Shown: positions 21,461 through 44,200 of the stretch, in pieces
How positions within the stretch are numbered: position 1 is the stretch's first letter
How the letters are laid out: each line of letters begins with the position of its first letter
Source: Camelus ferus
Lineage: Eukaryota
DNA length: 64,000 bases
Assembly (NCBI RefSeq): GCF_009834535.1
Contig: NC_045699.1
Location: 74,648,001-74,712,000, forward strand
Reading direction: 5' to 3'
Translations under genes and position numbers: made by a program
Notes under the pieces: generated by a model
Told to the model about the DNA's origin: nothing
The model's input: only the letters and a program-made list of their open reading frames with translations
Databases searched by the model: none

Positions 21461-22099
21461 GAAACACTTTCTAAACCTCAGCAGATGCATTCCTGGAAGG
21501 CCGGACCCCTACCAGGCAGGACAGCCAGAGGTCCGTGGAGCTGAGACTCCTGCGTGGATCCACCAGTGCCTTCCCACCGCAATCAGAGCAACTGGAGGTC
21601 CCACCAGGGTACAGGACACAGCAGGCTGTGGCTCGTGACCTGATCTTGTAGCCCGCCCCTTGCCTGCTGCCCTCAGATCCAGCCACCACGGCCTCCTGAA
21701 GTTCATGCAAATAGGCCACTGAGTCCCACACAGCAGCTCACGTTTGAGGGTTCTCCCTGAGGGCCTCCCGAGGGGCGCGGGGGCGCGCGTGCACACGCAC
21801 ACGGTGCCGGGCCCCTCTGTATCCCCCTCCCCGTTCCGTTTCCCGATCTCCTCCCAGGTCTGTCTTCCTCTCTGCTTTACGAGGGCTAGGCCTCTGACTC
21901 CTCCGTGGGACCGCCAGCTCCTAGCGCAGAACTGGCACCAAGTATGCACTTACACTATTTTGGAATGAACTTGCTAAATCACCTGTGGCTGCACCACTAT
22001 CCCGTGGTCGTTTCCCACAGACGTAATTCCTTAAGCAAAGCCCCTCCCCGACAAATACTAACATACTCATTATGCCTCTCAGAGCTCGGAAATGAGGCG

Positions 22100-22385
22100 G
22101 GTAACCCAAGCCGGGCCCGCGGGGAGGAGCGCGCGCCCGCAGCCTCGCCCGCCCGCGCCTGGCGCCCGCTTTCTCGCCGCCGCCTCCTCGCCTATCGTCA
22201 CAGAGTCGGGGCGGGGAGGGCGCGGCCAGCCCCGCCCCTCTCCACCCGGCCCCGCCCCTCTCCGTCCGGCCCCGCCTCCCGTCCTGCGCAGGCCCGCCCG
22301 CCAGGCCCCGCCCCTCTCCATCCGGCCCCGCCCCGCCCCCGGTCCTGCGCAGGCCCGCCAGCAGGCTCCCGGCGCCCCGCCAGCA
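22100..22385 (+). promoter_or_regulatory. TMEM141 CpG-island promoter with a tandem GC-box array
   Basis: Dense CpG with repeated GGCCCCGCCCCTCTCC and two GTCCTGCGCAGGCCCGCC units immediately before the ATG. No TATA box. Confidence 0.75.
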
Positions 22386-23825
<1,440 letters not shown>

Positions 23826-24205
23826 GAGTGCTCCATCCGGGGCACAGAAGGCCTGGGGCTGGAGAGTTCTAGAACACAGCCCTCAGGGCGTCTGCACCCC
23901 AGGCGGGCCCTCCCCCCACCAAGTGTCCCCTGCACACGTGCATGGCCAGGTCTGTCAAAGCTGGGCCGGCTGCTTCTGCCCAGCCTGAGCAGCCCAGGAG
24001 GTCAGACCAGGAGGCACTGTCCAGCGAGAAACATGGCGGGCACAGAGCGGTAGAGGATCAGGCCTGGCTCATGCAGACTTGGCGGCAGCAGCTCTGGGGC
24101 GTGTGTTGGAGGGGACTTCTGCACCCACTGCTGCCCACACTCCCTTTCTGGCCCCTGTGTGCCCCTCAGTCCAATGTGACAGCTGCTGCTGGGGTCTGTG
24201 GGGCT

Positions 24206-24211
24206 AATAAA
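24206..24211 (+). terminator. TMEM141 polyadenylation signal
   Basis: First AATAAA after the stop (about 380 nt downstream), followed by a U/GU-rich tract. Confidence 0.7.
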
Positions 24212-25445
24212 TGCCTTGCGCTTTTCCCTACCTGAGTTCTGAAGCATTTGGGAAATGAGTCAGAGCTTTAAGATAAGAGATAAATGTCAGCTCAGTACCA
24301 TATTGCTGACTGGAGGAGGTGCCAGGGCAGTTCCTCACTGGGAACCCCAGAATTAGACACCCCTATAGGACCACCGAGGCCTCTCCATAGGGGGGTCTGC
24401 GGCACAACTTGGCATGGAGGAGCAGAGCAGACGGTGCGCAGCCAGTCAGCGCCTGGCTCTTGGGGGACAAGGGACAGGAAGTGGCTGTGCCCACCTGCCT
24501 ATCATTCTAAACACATCTCTCGGACTAAATCTCTTCTCTCCAGGGAAGGAGAAAGTGAGGGCTGTAGGGGGCCAGAGCCAGCTTACTGGAGCTCTGTCCT
24601 CATGGAGAAAGGCTCCTGAGTGGGCAAGGCCGCCCAGCTCACCCACCCCCACCAGAGGAAAAGGCGGAGATGATATAAAACCTGGGCGAAACTTCGTCCT
24701 TTACAGTGGGCTTCCAGTAGCACTGAAGGCACACAACCCAGGGCCACACCGCTCCAGCCCCGGCTCAGCCCCTGCTCTTCTCAGCCTAGCCGGTCATCAA
24801 GTGAACGTTTACTGGGCATCTGCTGTGCGCCAGGGAATCTGTTCATGGGGAGGTAAAATGACAGGGTGCCCAAGGTAACCGTGGCATAAGCAAGCTAGAG
24901 CCTTAGTTTTCTTTCATGTAAAAGTCCAAGTGGGTGGTCTAGGGCTAATAGGGGTCAGGGACCTGGGCTCCTTTTAGTCTGTCCCATGCTGTAACGGCCT
25001 CCATTCCAAACCCACCTCGTGGTCCCAGGGCAGCTTTGCCGGCTCCAAACATTGCGTCTCCATCCCTGTCCACGGGAAGGAGGAAGGGAGTGGAGGAGAG
25101 CAGTTAACTCACCGCTTCCACTTCCACACCACTGGCTAGAACTCAGCCCACCTAGAAGAGCAGCCTTGCTCTGGGCAGCCATGCGCCCCACTAGAATTCA
25201 GGGGTTCTATATCTGAGGAAAGGAGAACCAGTATTAGACAGCTCGGCCTCACGCCCCGGGAGAACGGAGCTGGGGGCAGCAAGGGAGCAGACCACGCCCA
25301 CGGCAGGCCCTCTGACCCCTGCTAAGACCCGGGCTCCAAGGGAGGGCAGAGGGTGAGCTTGGAATTTCAGACGGGACTGGTTCTTTTTAAAGACGGACAG
25401 TGGCCAGAAAGGTAAAGGGCCAGGAATGCACACGGGTGAAGACCA

Positions 25446-25820
25446 TGATTACGGATGAACTGGGTTCCCCCCTCCCATATTCAGTCTGCAGCCCTAACCC
25501 CCCCCCCGGTTCTCAGAATATGACTGTATTTGGGGACTGGGCCTTTAAAGCGGTGACTGAGTTAGAATGACGGTGGCCCTGACCAGTCTGACCGGTGTGC
25601 TTACGAGAGGAGGAGATCAGGACAGACGTACCGAGGAAAGACCCATGAGGACGCAGGGAGCAGCGGCCGTCTACAAGCCCAGGGAGAGGCCCCTGGACAA
25701 ACCAGCCTGCTGACCCTTGACCTCAGACTCCCAGCCTCCAGGGTCGAGCGAGCGCACAGCTCTGCTGTTGAAGCTGCCAGTCTGTGGTGCTTTGTTATGC
25801 GAGTTGGAAAAAGTAACCCA
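25446..25820 (+). mobile_element. MLT1 LTR upstream of CCDC183
   Basis: GAATATGACTGTATTTGGGGACTGGGCCTTTAAAG...GGCCGTCTACAAGCCCAGGGAGAGGCC...ACCTCAGACTCCCAGCCTCCAG...GCCAGTCTGTGGTGCTTTGTTATG. Confidence 0.85.
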
Positions 25821-26479
25821 TCCAGGGTGCACCCCCAGAATGCAAGCTGGCCAAGGCTTGGGCCACAGGGCTGTAAGGGAAGCCTGAGCTGGAGTTGCAG
25901 AGGGAGGGGACTGACCCCTCCCGGAGTAAGTGACATCTAAAGCTAGGCCCAGGAATTCCCCAGGGAAGTGGAGATGGAGCAGGTATGGTCAGGAGGAGAT
26001 GGGGGAGTGAGGGCTGAGGCTGGGGGGGTCTCGTGACCCCTAGGTCACCAGGGTGTGGAGTTTGAAGTTAGGCTGTGGCAGGGCGATGGAGACCCCACAG
26101 GCAGTGAGAGGTCAGAGGTCTTAGGCAGCTCAGTGGAGGACAGCCTGGGAGTATGGAGGAGGGGAGGGTGCAGGGGGGCTGGTGTGGGGTGCAGTGTCAA
26201 ACCACCACAAATCACCTCCCTTGACCAAGGCAGTGCTCCTGAGCAGAGAGCAGCCACAAGGCTCAAGCTTCCAGGGGATGACCCCAAGGCTGGCTGGGGC
26301 CAGAGGGTGGGGTTGTCAGCATGGGCTGGGAATTCTTGGGTTCCCTGGGCATGCGGAACCTTGGCCCCCATCACAATGGGCCGAGATTCCGGGGACAATC
26401 TGAACTGCGGTTCTGCTGAGCAGGCCCAGCATAGAGGGCGGGAGGCGCAGAGGGCCCCTGGAGGACCCTGAGGGCCACC

Positions 26480-34120
<7,641 letters not shown>

Positions 34121-34182
34121 CAGGAAGAGGAGGAACTCGCCCCGCCCCCACACCCCGCCCCCCAGCTGGCATTGGTTACACA

Positions 34183-34188
34183 AATAAA
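34183..34188 (+). terminator. CCDC183 polyadenylation signal
   Basis: AATAAA 62 nt after the TGA, only about 400 nt upstream of the RABL6 leader. Confidence 0.8.
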
Positions 34189-34349
34189 CATTTTTTTCAG
34201 GACTGCGGGGCACCTGGGGGAACGCAGATGTGGGGGATCACGTTGGGAACTCGTGGGTTGTTCGATGTGGATGGGCCCGGGGGTTGAGCGGTGAGGATGA
34301 GTAGGGTCTGGGGAGGGATGCGGATGGGGCTCTGGGCTGAGCTGAAACC

Positions 34350-35250
34350 CGGGAGGCAGCTCGGAAGGCGGGACAGCAGAGTCCGCGGCCCCGCGCCGCA
34401 CCGCGCCGCATATGGGCTCACCTTGGCGAGCGCCGCCCTCCCGTGGCCCTCGCGACGCCCCGTATCCACACGCCCCGAGCCTGCTTCCGACCACGCTGTC
34501 CTGCGCATGCGCACCTCCCGGCGCGCGCAGCACCACTGTGGTCCTCGCGGCGCCCCGTAGGTGCGCGCCCGCCGAGTCGGCGCTAAGATGGCGGCGCTGA
34601 CGGAGGGAGAGTGGCCGCGCCAGGAGCCGCGGGAGCCGGAGAAGAGCCGCCGCGGCTGAGCCCCCGAGCCGCCCCCAGGCAGGCTCCCGGTCGCCGGACC
34701 CGGGACATGGTGCGGTCCGCGCCGTGCCGCCGCCGCCGCCGCTACCGCTGAGCTCGCGGGCCGCGCCGGGCTCGGACGTGGGAGCGGGAAGATGTTTTCC
34801 GCGCTCAAGAAGCTTGTGGGGTCGGAGCAGGCTCCGGGCCGCGACAAGAACATCCCCGCAGGGCTGCAGTCTATGAACCAGGCGCTGCAGAGGCGCTTCG
34901 CCAAGGGGGTGCAGTACAACAGTGAGTGGCACGGGACAGTGGGGCGGGGGCGGGAGGGCGCCGTCCCGCGGGGTCCGCGGGCCGGGGCCGCGTCGCCTGG
35001 GACTGGCGGAAACCGGGTCGCGCCCAGCCCGGGAAGCGCTGGGGGCCTCGTCGCGCCCCGAGGGCCTCGCGGTCTGTGTTCAGATGTGCTGAGCGCTTAC
35101 CTGTGCCGGGCAGGTTGCGGGCGCCCCAGGGGCGTTCATCTGGGGTCGGGAGGTGATGCTGGCCGGAGACGAGGTCCTAGAGGACTCCAGGGCCGGAGGG
35201 TGGGCGCCTTGGCCCGCAGCGCTCCCCTCTGACCTGTGGGTCATCCCGGA
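34350..35250. promoter_or_regulatory. RABL6 CpG-island promoter with NRF1 and YY1 motifs
   Basis: Perfect NRF1 palindrome TGCGCATGCGCA at 34502-34513, YY1 motif AAGATGGCGGC at 34585-34595, dense CpG through exon 1. Confidence 0.8.
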
Positions 35251-38200
35251 GGAATGCTGGCACGATAGGAAATTCGTGCGATCACTCTGCACAGTCAGAT
35301 TTCGTCCAGGAGGTTTGTGTTGCGTCTGCGGTACCCCGATTGGCCTCGGTGACCTCGTCTAAGAGGGATTCTTACATAATGTGGGGAGAGCTGTGTGGTC
35401 TGTGACACCTCTTGAGTGGGTGGTGGGGCTCTCCGTCCGTGAACTGGGTGGTCACGCGCAGGAGCGGAGGACTCCGCCGACTCCGGTGGTTTGAGGTGTG
35501 GGATTTTTCTCTGTGGACTTCATGTTCAGTTTGGAGAGGGAATGTCGGCGACGCCACACGTTCTTGTCCCCTCCCCCCCCTTAAAGAAGCATTTGTAGGG
35601 TCTATATTTAGGAAAGCTCCAGAACGCACGGGGATCCTTACTTCTTGTTGTAGAGACTTTTCTTCTGCGTGAGGGAGGAGTCATTACCAGATGCCCAGAG
35701 AGCCCGGGGACGTTTCCAGTCCCCTGTTATAAATTATGTAAATTGTGTAGTTCCTAGACGCTGACTGTCCTCTTGACCTCTTTGAAGTTTTTGCATCTTG
35801 CTGGCTCTTTGCTAGCAGTATATAAAGATTTTATGTTGTTCTTGGCTTTTAAATTATTTTTCTCTTAAGTATTTCCATACATTGCTACAAGATATTGGAC
35901 ATTCCCCCACTCTTTGCCACTTCAGTGGTGGGAGGCTTCCAGTCTCTGTGATGTTGTATTTCGGTTAACAGTGTAGCATATTAAGAAACTGACTGGAAAG
36001 ACTTTGGGTTTAAAAGAAAGATTGTTTTACATGTATTCTACCCAATTTTGTATGTATTTGTCTCAGATTCAAAGAAGGGAATAATAACTCAAAATACTCA
36101 TTTACACAAATCTTTAGAATCTACATTTGGTTCTTTTATTTAGTTTTATTACTTATGGTATTATTTTAAAATTTCAATTCTAGTCCTTTGGAAATTAGAT
36201 CTGGAAAATGTTCACCTTCTGAAAAACACTCCCTGGTGAGCACACTCACTAGTCCTGAGTTGGGGGAGTAAAAAGTAGAGACAGCATGGGAGTCATTCTG
36301 GAGAAGAAATCCGCCTCAGGCAGCTGACGGGCAGGTTCTGATCTTGGGGAACAAAGTGAGTGGAAGGTGGTGCAGGTGAGCGGACCTGAGAGCTGGACCT
36401 GCATTCCATTTTAGGGCGATGTTGGCCCTGTACTTGGCTAATACGCAACTCTGAAACTTTTTTATTTCTTCTATTAGTCAGTAAAATAAAACTTTTCTAG
36501 TATTTGATTTCCAAGATATCTTCCTTAGGGGACCACAGTAGCAATATGACCATTGTAGATTGAGGATTTTTACGGGTACAAGTTGATGATTACCAGGTGT
36601 GTTATTTGTCCCTGAGCAGATGAGTCATTCTCTCTTCTGCTGCTGTGATGAGAAGTGATGCCTGTGACACGCAGAGTCCCAGCGTTCACTTCAAACTGAT
36701 AATCAAAACCTGCATGGAACGTTGGACCACATTCTTGATATGGAAGTCCTCCGCACGTGGAGCGCAAGAATGCTGTCTGAGCTGGTCAGCTCCTGCTGTT
36801 TGACCCACTTGTGTTTGGTGCAGAGACGGAGCACCGGTCAGTCTTGTGGATTTCATCCAGACTGCCCTTGCTCACGACTGCATCCTTATCAAGAAAGCCT
36901 CCAGGCATTGGGACAGCTGAGTCCTGGCTAGTCAGATTTCAGTGCTAGAACTTAAAATGGGGTTAGACACTTCCTTACCGAGAAACCTTTGAAAGGTTGG
37001 TTTCAGGGTAAGAGCTTTTTCTTTGGAAATAAACAGTTTGGCAGATTACTTGACCTGCCCAGCAAGGCCGATTTGCAAATTCCCGAGCCTTTGCTGCCCA
37101 TGATCTGCCACATTTTCCTTTATAGGTTTTCCTTCCCTAGTGTTCATTTATTTAGCAAATATTTATTGAGTGTCCATCAGTGATGAGTGTTCATCTGTGA
37201 GAAAGCAGGCAGTCTCCGCCTTGTGAAGCTTGCATTCCGGGAAGGCGGACAGGAGGCACTAAACATGACGTGTATGGAACCAGATAACCTGTCTGAGGGC
37301 CGAGAAGTAGCGCCGGGTTGGGGTTGGGTTGGGGCCCACCTTGCCGTCCTGGGGACTTTGTGAACCAGAACCTTAGAGGGCCCTGAGCAACTGCCGTGTT
37401 GCAGGGAGGTGGGGTGGGGTGGGGTGGGGTGGGGTGGGGGGAGACGCACTGGAGTGGGCCCTCTGGGAGTCGAGCGACCCCTGCTGGTGGCCCGATGAAA
37501 GGGCACCTTTGGGATTTATATTGTGTCTCCTGCAGCGTGATTGCATCATTTGTATCCAAGATAAAACAAATGTGGGGGGGTGGTATGAAAATATTTTTTA
37601 AAGATTCCCTATTTTATTGGAAACGTGTGGGAATGTGAGTGAATTACTATCGGGTCAGGGGGCAGGAAAGATGGTGAGGTTTTGTAGTAGATCCTGGTGT
37701 CTTCTGCACTGTGGCTTCACTTTGAAAGAAAAGACATAGGATAGAGGCAGAGAGTTAATCTGTTCAGTAAAACAGCTAGTTTGCCACTTGTTTCTTAAGT
37801 AAAGGTCGTCTTATCACTTCGTGGGTGAATCTGGTTTTCCACTGCATCACTTATTTAGTTAATTTGAGCCGGTGTCTAAGGTTCTGAGATTGATTTGACT
37901 TTTTAACTTAAAAGTAGAGTCTGATTACTTTTTTAATGGGTGAAATCAGATTATTTTATTTATTTCTGGCATTTTAGCATTTCTTCTGATTAACTTTATT
38001 GAGTTATAGTCAGTTTACAATGTTGTGTCAACTTTTGGTGTACAGCACAATGCTCCAGTCATACATGAATATACATATATTCATTTTCATATTCTTTTTC
38101 ACCCTGATTGTCTTTTTTGAAGAATAAATTTCAAATTTTAAAAGGATTTCAGGTGAAGAGAAGCAAATATATGTTAAAACTGGTCAAGATACAAAAGAAG

Positions 38201-41200
38201 GAAACTGTTCTCAGATTACATCAATACTCTGAACAGACAAGTTGTGTTTGAAAAAGAGCCAAAGGGAGCCTCCGAAAATGGAAAAGCGGGGTCACTAAAG
38301 CAAAAAGCTATCAGGCAGGCGAAGCTGCACGACACCCAGCGGGAGAGGGAGGTGGTGCCCCAGAGGGAGATGCGTGGCCTGGCATGAGGCAGGTCCTGGC
38401 TCACCTGCGATCTGTTTCGGAAGGAAAGCATCGCTAGGATGGAGAAGGGTGGTTACTGGAGAAATGAAAACTGAGTCTTTTCTGTAGATTACGAAGTACA
38501 GGAAACTCCATGGAGTCCAAGTCTGGGGTTTTACAGCTTCCAGAGCTGAACACATCATTGGGATTTCAGAACATCAAAATGAAAAAGAAGCAACCAGAGC
38601 AAACAGACTGCCTTCAGAGGGACAGCCGGGAACCTGAGCGCACAGCTGACAGCCACAGTGGTGGAAATGTTCCTGCGGGAAGGTCCCGGTCAGCCTGGAA
38701 ATCTGCACCAAGTAGGCAGTTACTCCAGAGGGAGCAGCATGAATCCCAGCTCCACCCTAAAGTGGGTGGCTCCCGTGCAGAGGCTCCCGCGGAAGTAAAC
38801 CTGGAGGACGTGCTCCACTCAGACGGACGTGGGGCTCTGGGGTAGAGGAGGCTGACAGGGTGCAGGTCAGCACGGAAACAGGTACGTAAGTCTCGGTCAC
38901 AGTGGCCACGTGACAGTGACCGGTGTGGGTGTGGAAGGAGAAGCCAGAACACTCACAGTCAGCACCCAGCCCAGCTGGAGCTGACCAGCGGACAGGCGTC
39001 CGCCACCAGTCCTTGTGCTAGTGCAGTGGAGGATGGAGACATTTATTAAGATTACTGTTCAGAGAATAGGAATGATTGCAGATCTGCCAAAGAAATACCA
39101 GGTGGGAAAAGGCACTGAAAAAAAGCTTGCCCAATGAGAAAGAAGGCAGGAAGGTGGGGGCGGCAGTGACTAGAAATGATAACACGCACTGGGGCTGGGT
39201 TCCCTGCCTCTGTCCGCCCCCACCACCCCCGGTGCCCATGAACAAGCAGACTCACCGGGTGAGAGAGAGAAGAGAGAGTCTGCGGGGAGACCTGTGTCTG
39301 GCTGCGCAGTGCGCAAGCAGCCCAGCCAGCACGACACCGTCAGAGGGCTGGAAGCAGGGCTGTGGAGGCAAAGCAGGAGGGAAGGTCAGCCACAAGGAGG
39401 CTGCCCCCCGTGTACAGTCCCTTAGCTGGAGCCGTGGTGGCGTTGAGCAGCCGGCGGGGCCAGCGTGAGAAGGGTCAGCGGCGCCTCAGTGAAGAAGCAG
39501 ACACCTGCTCCCCCCAAAACCAGAGAGCTCCTGAGAACCAGCGATCTCAACAGACACCTAAGAGGATGTCCCCTAAAGGCCACGGTCTGCGGCCTCAGCG
39601 AGTAATGTTGGATATGAAAAACAAAAAGAGGCAGCGGTTTGGGGGAAACTTAAAAATATTTTAAGTAATTTACAGGTCAAAGAAGTATTTGTAATTCAGT
39701 GATAATGAATGCCCCACATACTCGTGGTGGTCACTGACTTGGGAATACAGCTTGAAAACGTACGAGAAGAACAGGAGAATCCCCAATAAAGTCAAAGGAA
39801 GGAAATGGCAAAGAGAGAAGCAGCAGCAGGTGGGTTTTAGAAAGAACCAGCAGAACACACGGGGTGTGCACACGGCTAAGGAAGGACGCAGGCCTCTGCG
39901 GAGGTCAGTTAGAAAGACAAAGCAGGTATCATGGATGCTGAAGAGTACACAGCCACGCTACAAAGTTTTAGAACATAAAATGTTACAAATGACTTTGTGC
40001 CAGTAAGTTGAAAACTCAGGACAGCATCCTAGAGACTGACCCAACGAGAAGCAGAGAGTCTGGGGAGGCCCGCCCGCCCTTCGGAGAGCAGAGCGCTGAG
40101 CCGGTGCCGTGGGCAGAGGCGCTGCGCGTCCATTGCGGTAACTGTCAATGTCAGAGCAAGGACCGGACAGCTGGAGAGTGACTGCCTCTCGCCTGTGATC
40201 GTGGGTGTGAGTGCCTGGCAGGGCATCAGGAAACGGATCTGGACTAGAATGTCAGTAGTAACTAGCTATCATGCTGGGACAGGCAGGACCACCCCAGACA
40301 CGAGGACTGTTTACCAGAAGATACGTAAGACTTACCAGTGGGTTAAGGAGAAAAGCATGATCTCAGTGGGGATAAGGCAGAGACCTCATAAAATTCAACT
40401 CATCCGTGATTTACAAAAAAACAGAAAAGAAAGAAAACGAGAAAAGCCCACTTCTTAGCAAAGTAGGAACAGCAGAAGGAGATGTCTACCCGTTCGAGGG
40501 CATCTCCCACAGCCCGCACCTGTATGTAGTGAGAGACGCCAGGGGCGCTCCTTTTACAGTCCTGGCCAAGATAGAGCCTCCGCACTTTCACTGAAGTCCG
40601 TGTCTGTGTGTGGAGCTCCACCCCCACACACATAAATAAAAAGTACAGGGGGAGAGGCAGACAGAAAGCCTCTCCTTGCTTTATAAAATTAACACGAAAT
40701 CAGGAATGCCAGTTTCTTTTTGTCAGGATGCTTTTATGTGCAGAAAACAACACTAGACTAGCCCTGGCTTTTCCCGCAGCAGCCAGCTTCTGTTTCAGGC
40801 AGTACGAGCAAGCCGGTAACCTGAGCAGCCCTGCTTCTAGAAACATTTTTGAAGGTCTGAATAAAACATGCAGAAAAACATTAATACGTCACTCAGTTCT
40901 TGAGCTTGGTTGACTTTAAAGCAGAGGAAGTGGGAGCTGGGAGGGAAGCGGCTCTGAGGCTGCCTTCTCCTGGAGGGCACCTGCCAGACCCTGGGGGTCG
41001 GGGTGGGCGTCCAGTGGGAAAGCCCCGCTCACAGCTGGGCCCCCGAGCACTGGGAGTGACCTCCAGGTTGGTTTGCCCCAAAAGCATCTCTGAGGCCCCC
41101 AAATCAAGTGGAGACTCTCCTCACGGCATTCCCAGGTTCCCGGCTGGTGGTGGTCCGAATCTCCTCAAAGAGGGCCGAGGATAAAGCTCTCAGGGAGTGG

Positions 41201-44200
41201 GGTGAGTGGGGGCGACGGGCCGGCCGGCCGGCCTCTGGCCCAGGCCTCTGAGGACTTCAGGCTTCACAGGGTGCGAAGTCAGTGCATTTGATGTATTTAA
41301 AGAAACAAGAGGTTTGAAAGTGTAAGCAGGAATCTAAAGACTACACAAAAAGACGAAGTAACTTGGAAAGTAAACAGACCTGCCTCCCAGAAGCTCCGAG
41401 AAGATAAGAAACCGCAGCAGGAAATAGGAAGCCGGCGCTAAGAAGCAGGCAAGGTCCAGCTCCACGGACACAGGGGGCGCCCCGGCCGGCTCTTAGGAAG
41501 ACGTGGAGGCTGACATGCTGGGTTTGTCCCCCTCGCTCGGCCTGGCCAGTGGTCTCCTGGGGATGTGGGGGCCTGCCCCGGCAGGGCTGGGCTGCAGGCA
41601 GCCTGTCTGTCTATCCTGGCTCCTGCCGGGACCCCGTGCGCGCCGAGCACCCCCTGCAGGCCAGCTCGGTGCCCGCTCGGACCCAGGTCATTCCCAGAGC
41701 TGCGTTTCCATCAGGGACACGTCTGGACTCTTCTCCTAGGTCATGTCTGGCCCCTGGCCAGACTCAGGGCCAGGCTGCCTGTGACCTTGAGAACAGAGGC
41801 CAGTTGTGCCCTCTCTGGCGGCATGATAAAGAGGGTGGGAGAGGGGCGTCCCTGAGATTGGACCAGAGAGGTTTAAAGTTTGACAACTGACACGCCTTGC
41901 TGACTGGAGCGGGGTTTCCGGGGACGCAGAGCCAGGTGGGCAGGTTCCTAGAAGTGTCCCTGAGAACAGAGGGGCCTTGAAATAGGAGCTGGGCAGTGGC
42001 CGGAGCGGGGAGGAGCAGCTTGGCCAGGTCAGGTGCCAGGACAGCCGGCCCAGGCAGGAGCACCGTCGACTGTCTGCTCGGCCTGCTCGGCTGCTCAGGG
42101 AGCTCCGGCCCGATCCAAGCTCCCCGACCAAGCTCTTTGCGTCTGCTGGAGGTCCAGAAGCCCCTCCTGCTCACCACGGGCTGCTCGTCTCGCTGACGGG
42201 GACACCATCCATACCTGTTCTTGGGCCAGGACCTCAGAGTCATTGCTGACCCCATCTCCCTCCCCTGAGGTCCACCCTCCACCAAAGGCTGTCAGCTCCT
42301 CTCCCACCGCTCCCCTGCCGGTGGGCTCTGCATGGCACTAGCCGCCCATCATCCTTCCAGAACACTCTTCTGCTGAACCCCGTGCCTTCTCACTGAGGCA
42401 GCGGGAAGTCCCCTCCTGCAGGGCCTCAAGACCTGGCCCCTGTGCTCCCATCCCCACTTGTCCCACTGGCACGGTGTGGGCCCTTCCCGACCTGCTCCGT
42501 CCTCGCGCACACGCAGCTGCCTACGGGCTGGTTCTCGCCGGTTCTCGCCGTACTCACGCCCCACACGCAGGCGGCCGCTCCTAAAGACTTGATGAGCCAG
42601 CACAGGAGGGTGCAGGCTTCTCACTGCCACCCCACGTGTGGTCTCCACCCCGCGCGTGGTCTCCAGGAGCCCGGCATTCTGCACATTCGTGTGCTTCAAG
42701 TGCCAGGGCTGTGGGGAAGTAGGTTAAGAGCAGACCGTAAGAACCAAGGGTGCTGCGGTGGTGACCCCCGCCTGCGCCTGAGAGCCCCAGGCCCCCGGGG
42801 CGCCGGCCCTGGGAAGACTGCTTTCCTGTGGGTGCAGAGTCCTCTGGTGGTCAGACCACCTGCCTGGGGAGAAGTGCCTCAGGGGCCGGGGAGGGAGGGT
42901 GGGGCCAGGCCTTCCCGCCCCGAGCCCTGACAGCCTTGTCCCCTGGTGGGGGGGGGCTCGCAGCCAGCCCGCCCTCACCAGCTCCCCGGCCAGCCCGCCA
43001 CTCAGGCCGCCGTCTGTGCGCAGGAGCTCTTTGGTCTGATTTGTTTCCCTGATCTGTCCTGTTCCCCCAGTGAAGATTGTGATCCGAGGAGACAGGAACA
43101 CGGGCAAGACTGCGCTGTGGCACCGGCTGCAGGGCAAGAAGTTCGTGGAGGAGTACATCCCCACGCAGGAGATCCAGGTCACCAGCATCCACTGGAACTA
43201 CAAAAGTGAGGGCGGGGCGCTGCGGGGGCAGGCACTTCCCAGGAGGCCGCGCGGGCACAGTGCCCCGGCTTGGGGTGGGGGGTGCCTTCCTGCCATCGCC
43301 TCCCCTCACCTAGTGTTGTCATGGAAACACTGCACACACGTGGGAGTCCCCTCTGCCATGGAGACTCAGTCCCTTGGGGAGCTGGGCCATTGGGCCCACT
43401 CATCCTGGAGACCTTGGAAAGGCAGACACTCCTGGGTTAACACACGAGGTGTCCTGGGGGGGACCCCTCTGGGCGGGGACACACCCCTGCTGCAGTCTGC
43501 TTACCGGGCCCCAGGGAAGCAGAAGGGGCTCCTTGCCCTTGAGGCCCAGCTCTTGGCTTCAGTTGTGAAGTGCCCGACCCTGCAGGGTCCTGGAGGTGGT
43601 TTGTTTGCAAGATCGCTTTGCGGCCTCCCGGTGGTAGCCCGGTGGGCCGGAACTTGCACTCCTCTGACCATGTGGCACCCTTGTGGGAAGCAGAGAAGCC
43701 ACTTTGCATGTTTAAGAATCATAAAAGCAAAAGGCCTTTGAGCCATTTTAAACATTCCTTTCCATTAAAAAAACTAGCCAGTGGGCCGCCAGCAGGACAC
43801 TTGGGGCCTTTGTGGGAGTCTGACTCCCTCTTAGTGACGTCCAGTGCGTCCCAGGACAGCAGCGTGGACTCAGCATCGCCCTGCCTGCCAGCTGCACAGA
43901 AGCAGCTCCCCACGTCGTCCCTTCCCCTGCGGAATCCTCGGGGTGGGGAGTGAGCCAACTGTCCCTGTGCTTGGCTCACTGCTTGGAGGTGTGGCACAGG
44001 CCTGAACCCCAGACTAGCCGTTCAGAGTCGGCTCCTCTGGCCCTCAGCTCCCATGGAGCAGAGAACACTGCCTCGGGAGAGGTGCAGTGGTCACTGCATG
44101 ACTGGGAAACAACCATGGACATGGCCTCTCCATAAAAGCGAAAGGTGGGCCTGCAAGGGCCTGTCCCAAGCCAGCTCCACTTGGCCTTGGCCTCCAAAGG

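Noticed and set aside
36645-36780. Possible C/D-box snoRNA in RABL6 intron 1 (GTGATGA at 36645-36651, CTGA at 36696 or 36777)
   Set aside because: No convincing terminal stem for either D box and no rRNA or snRNA complementarity that I could recognise.
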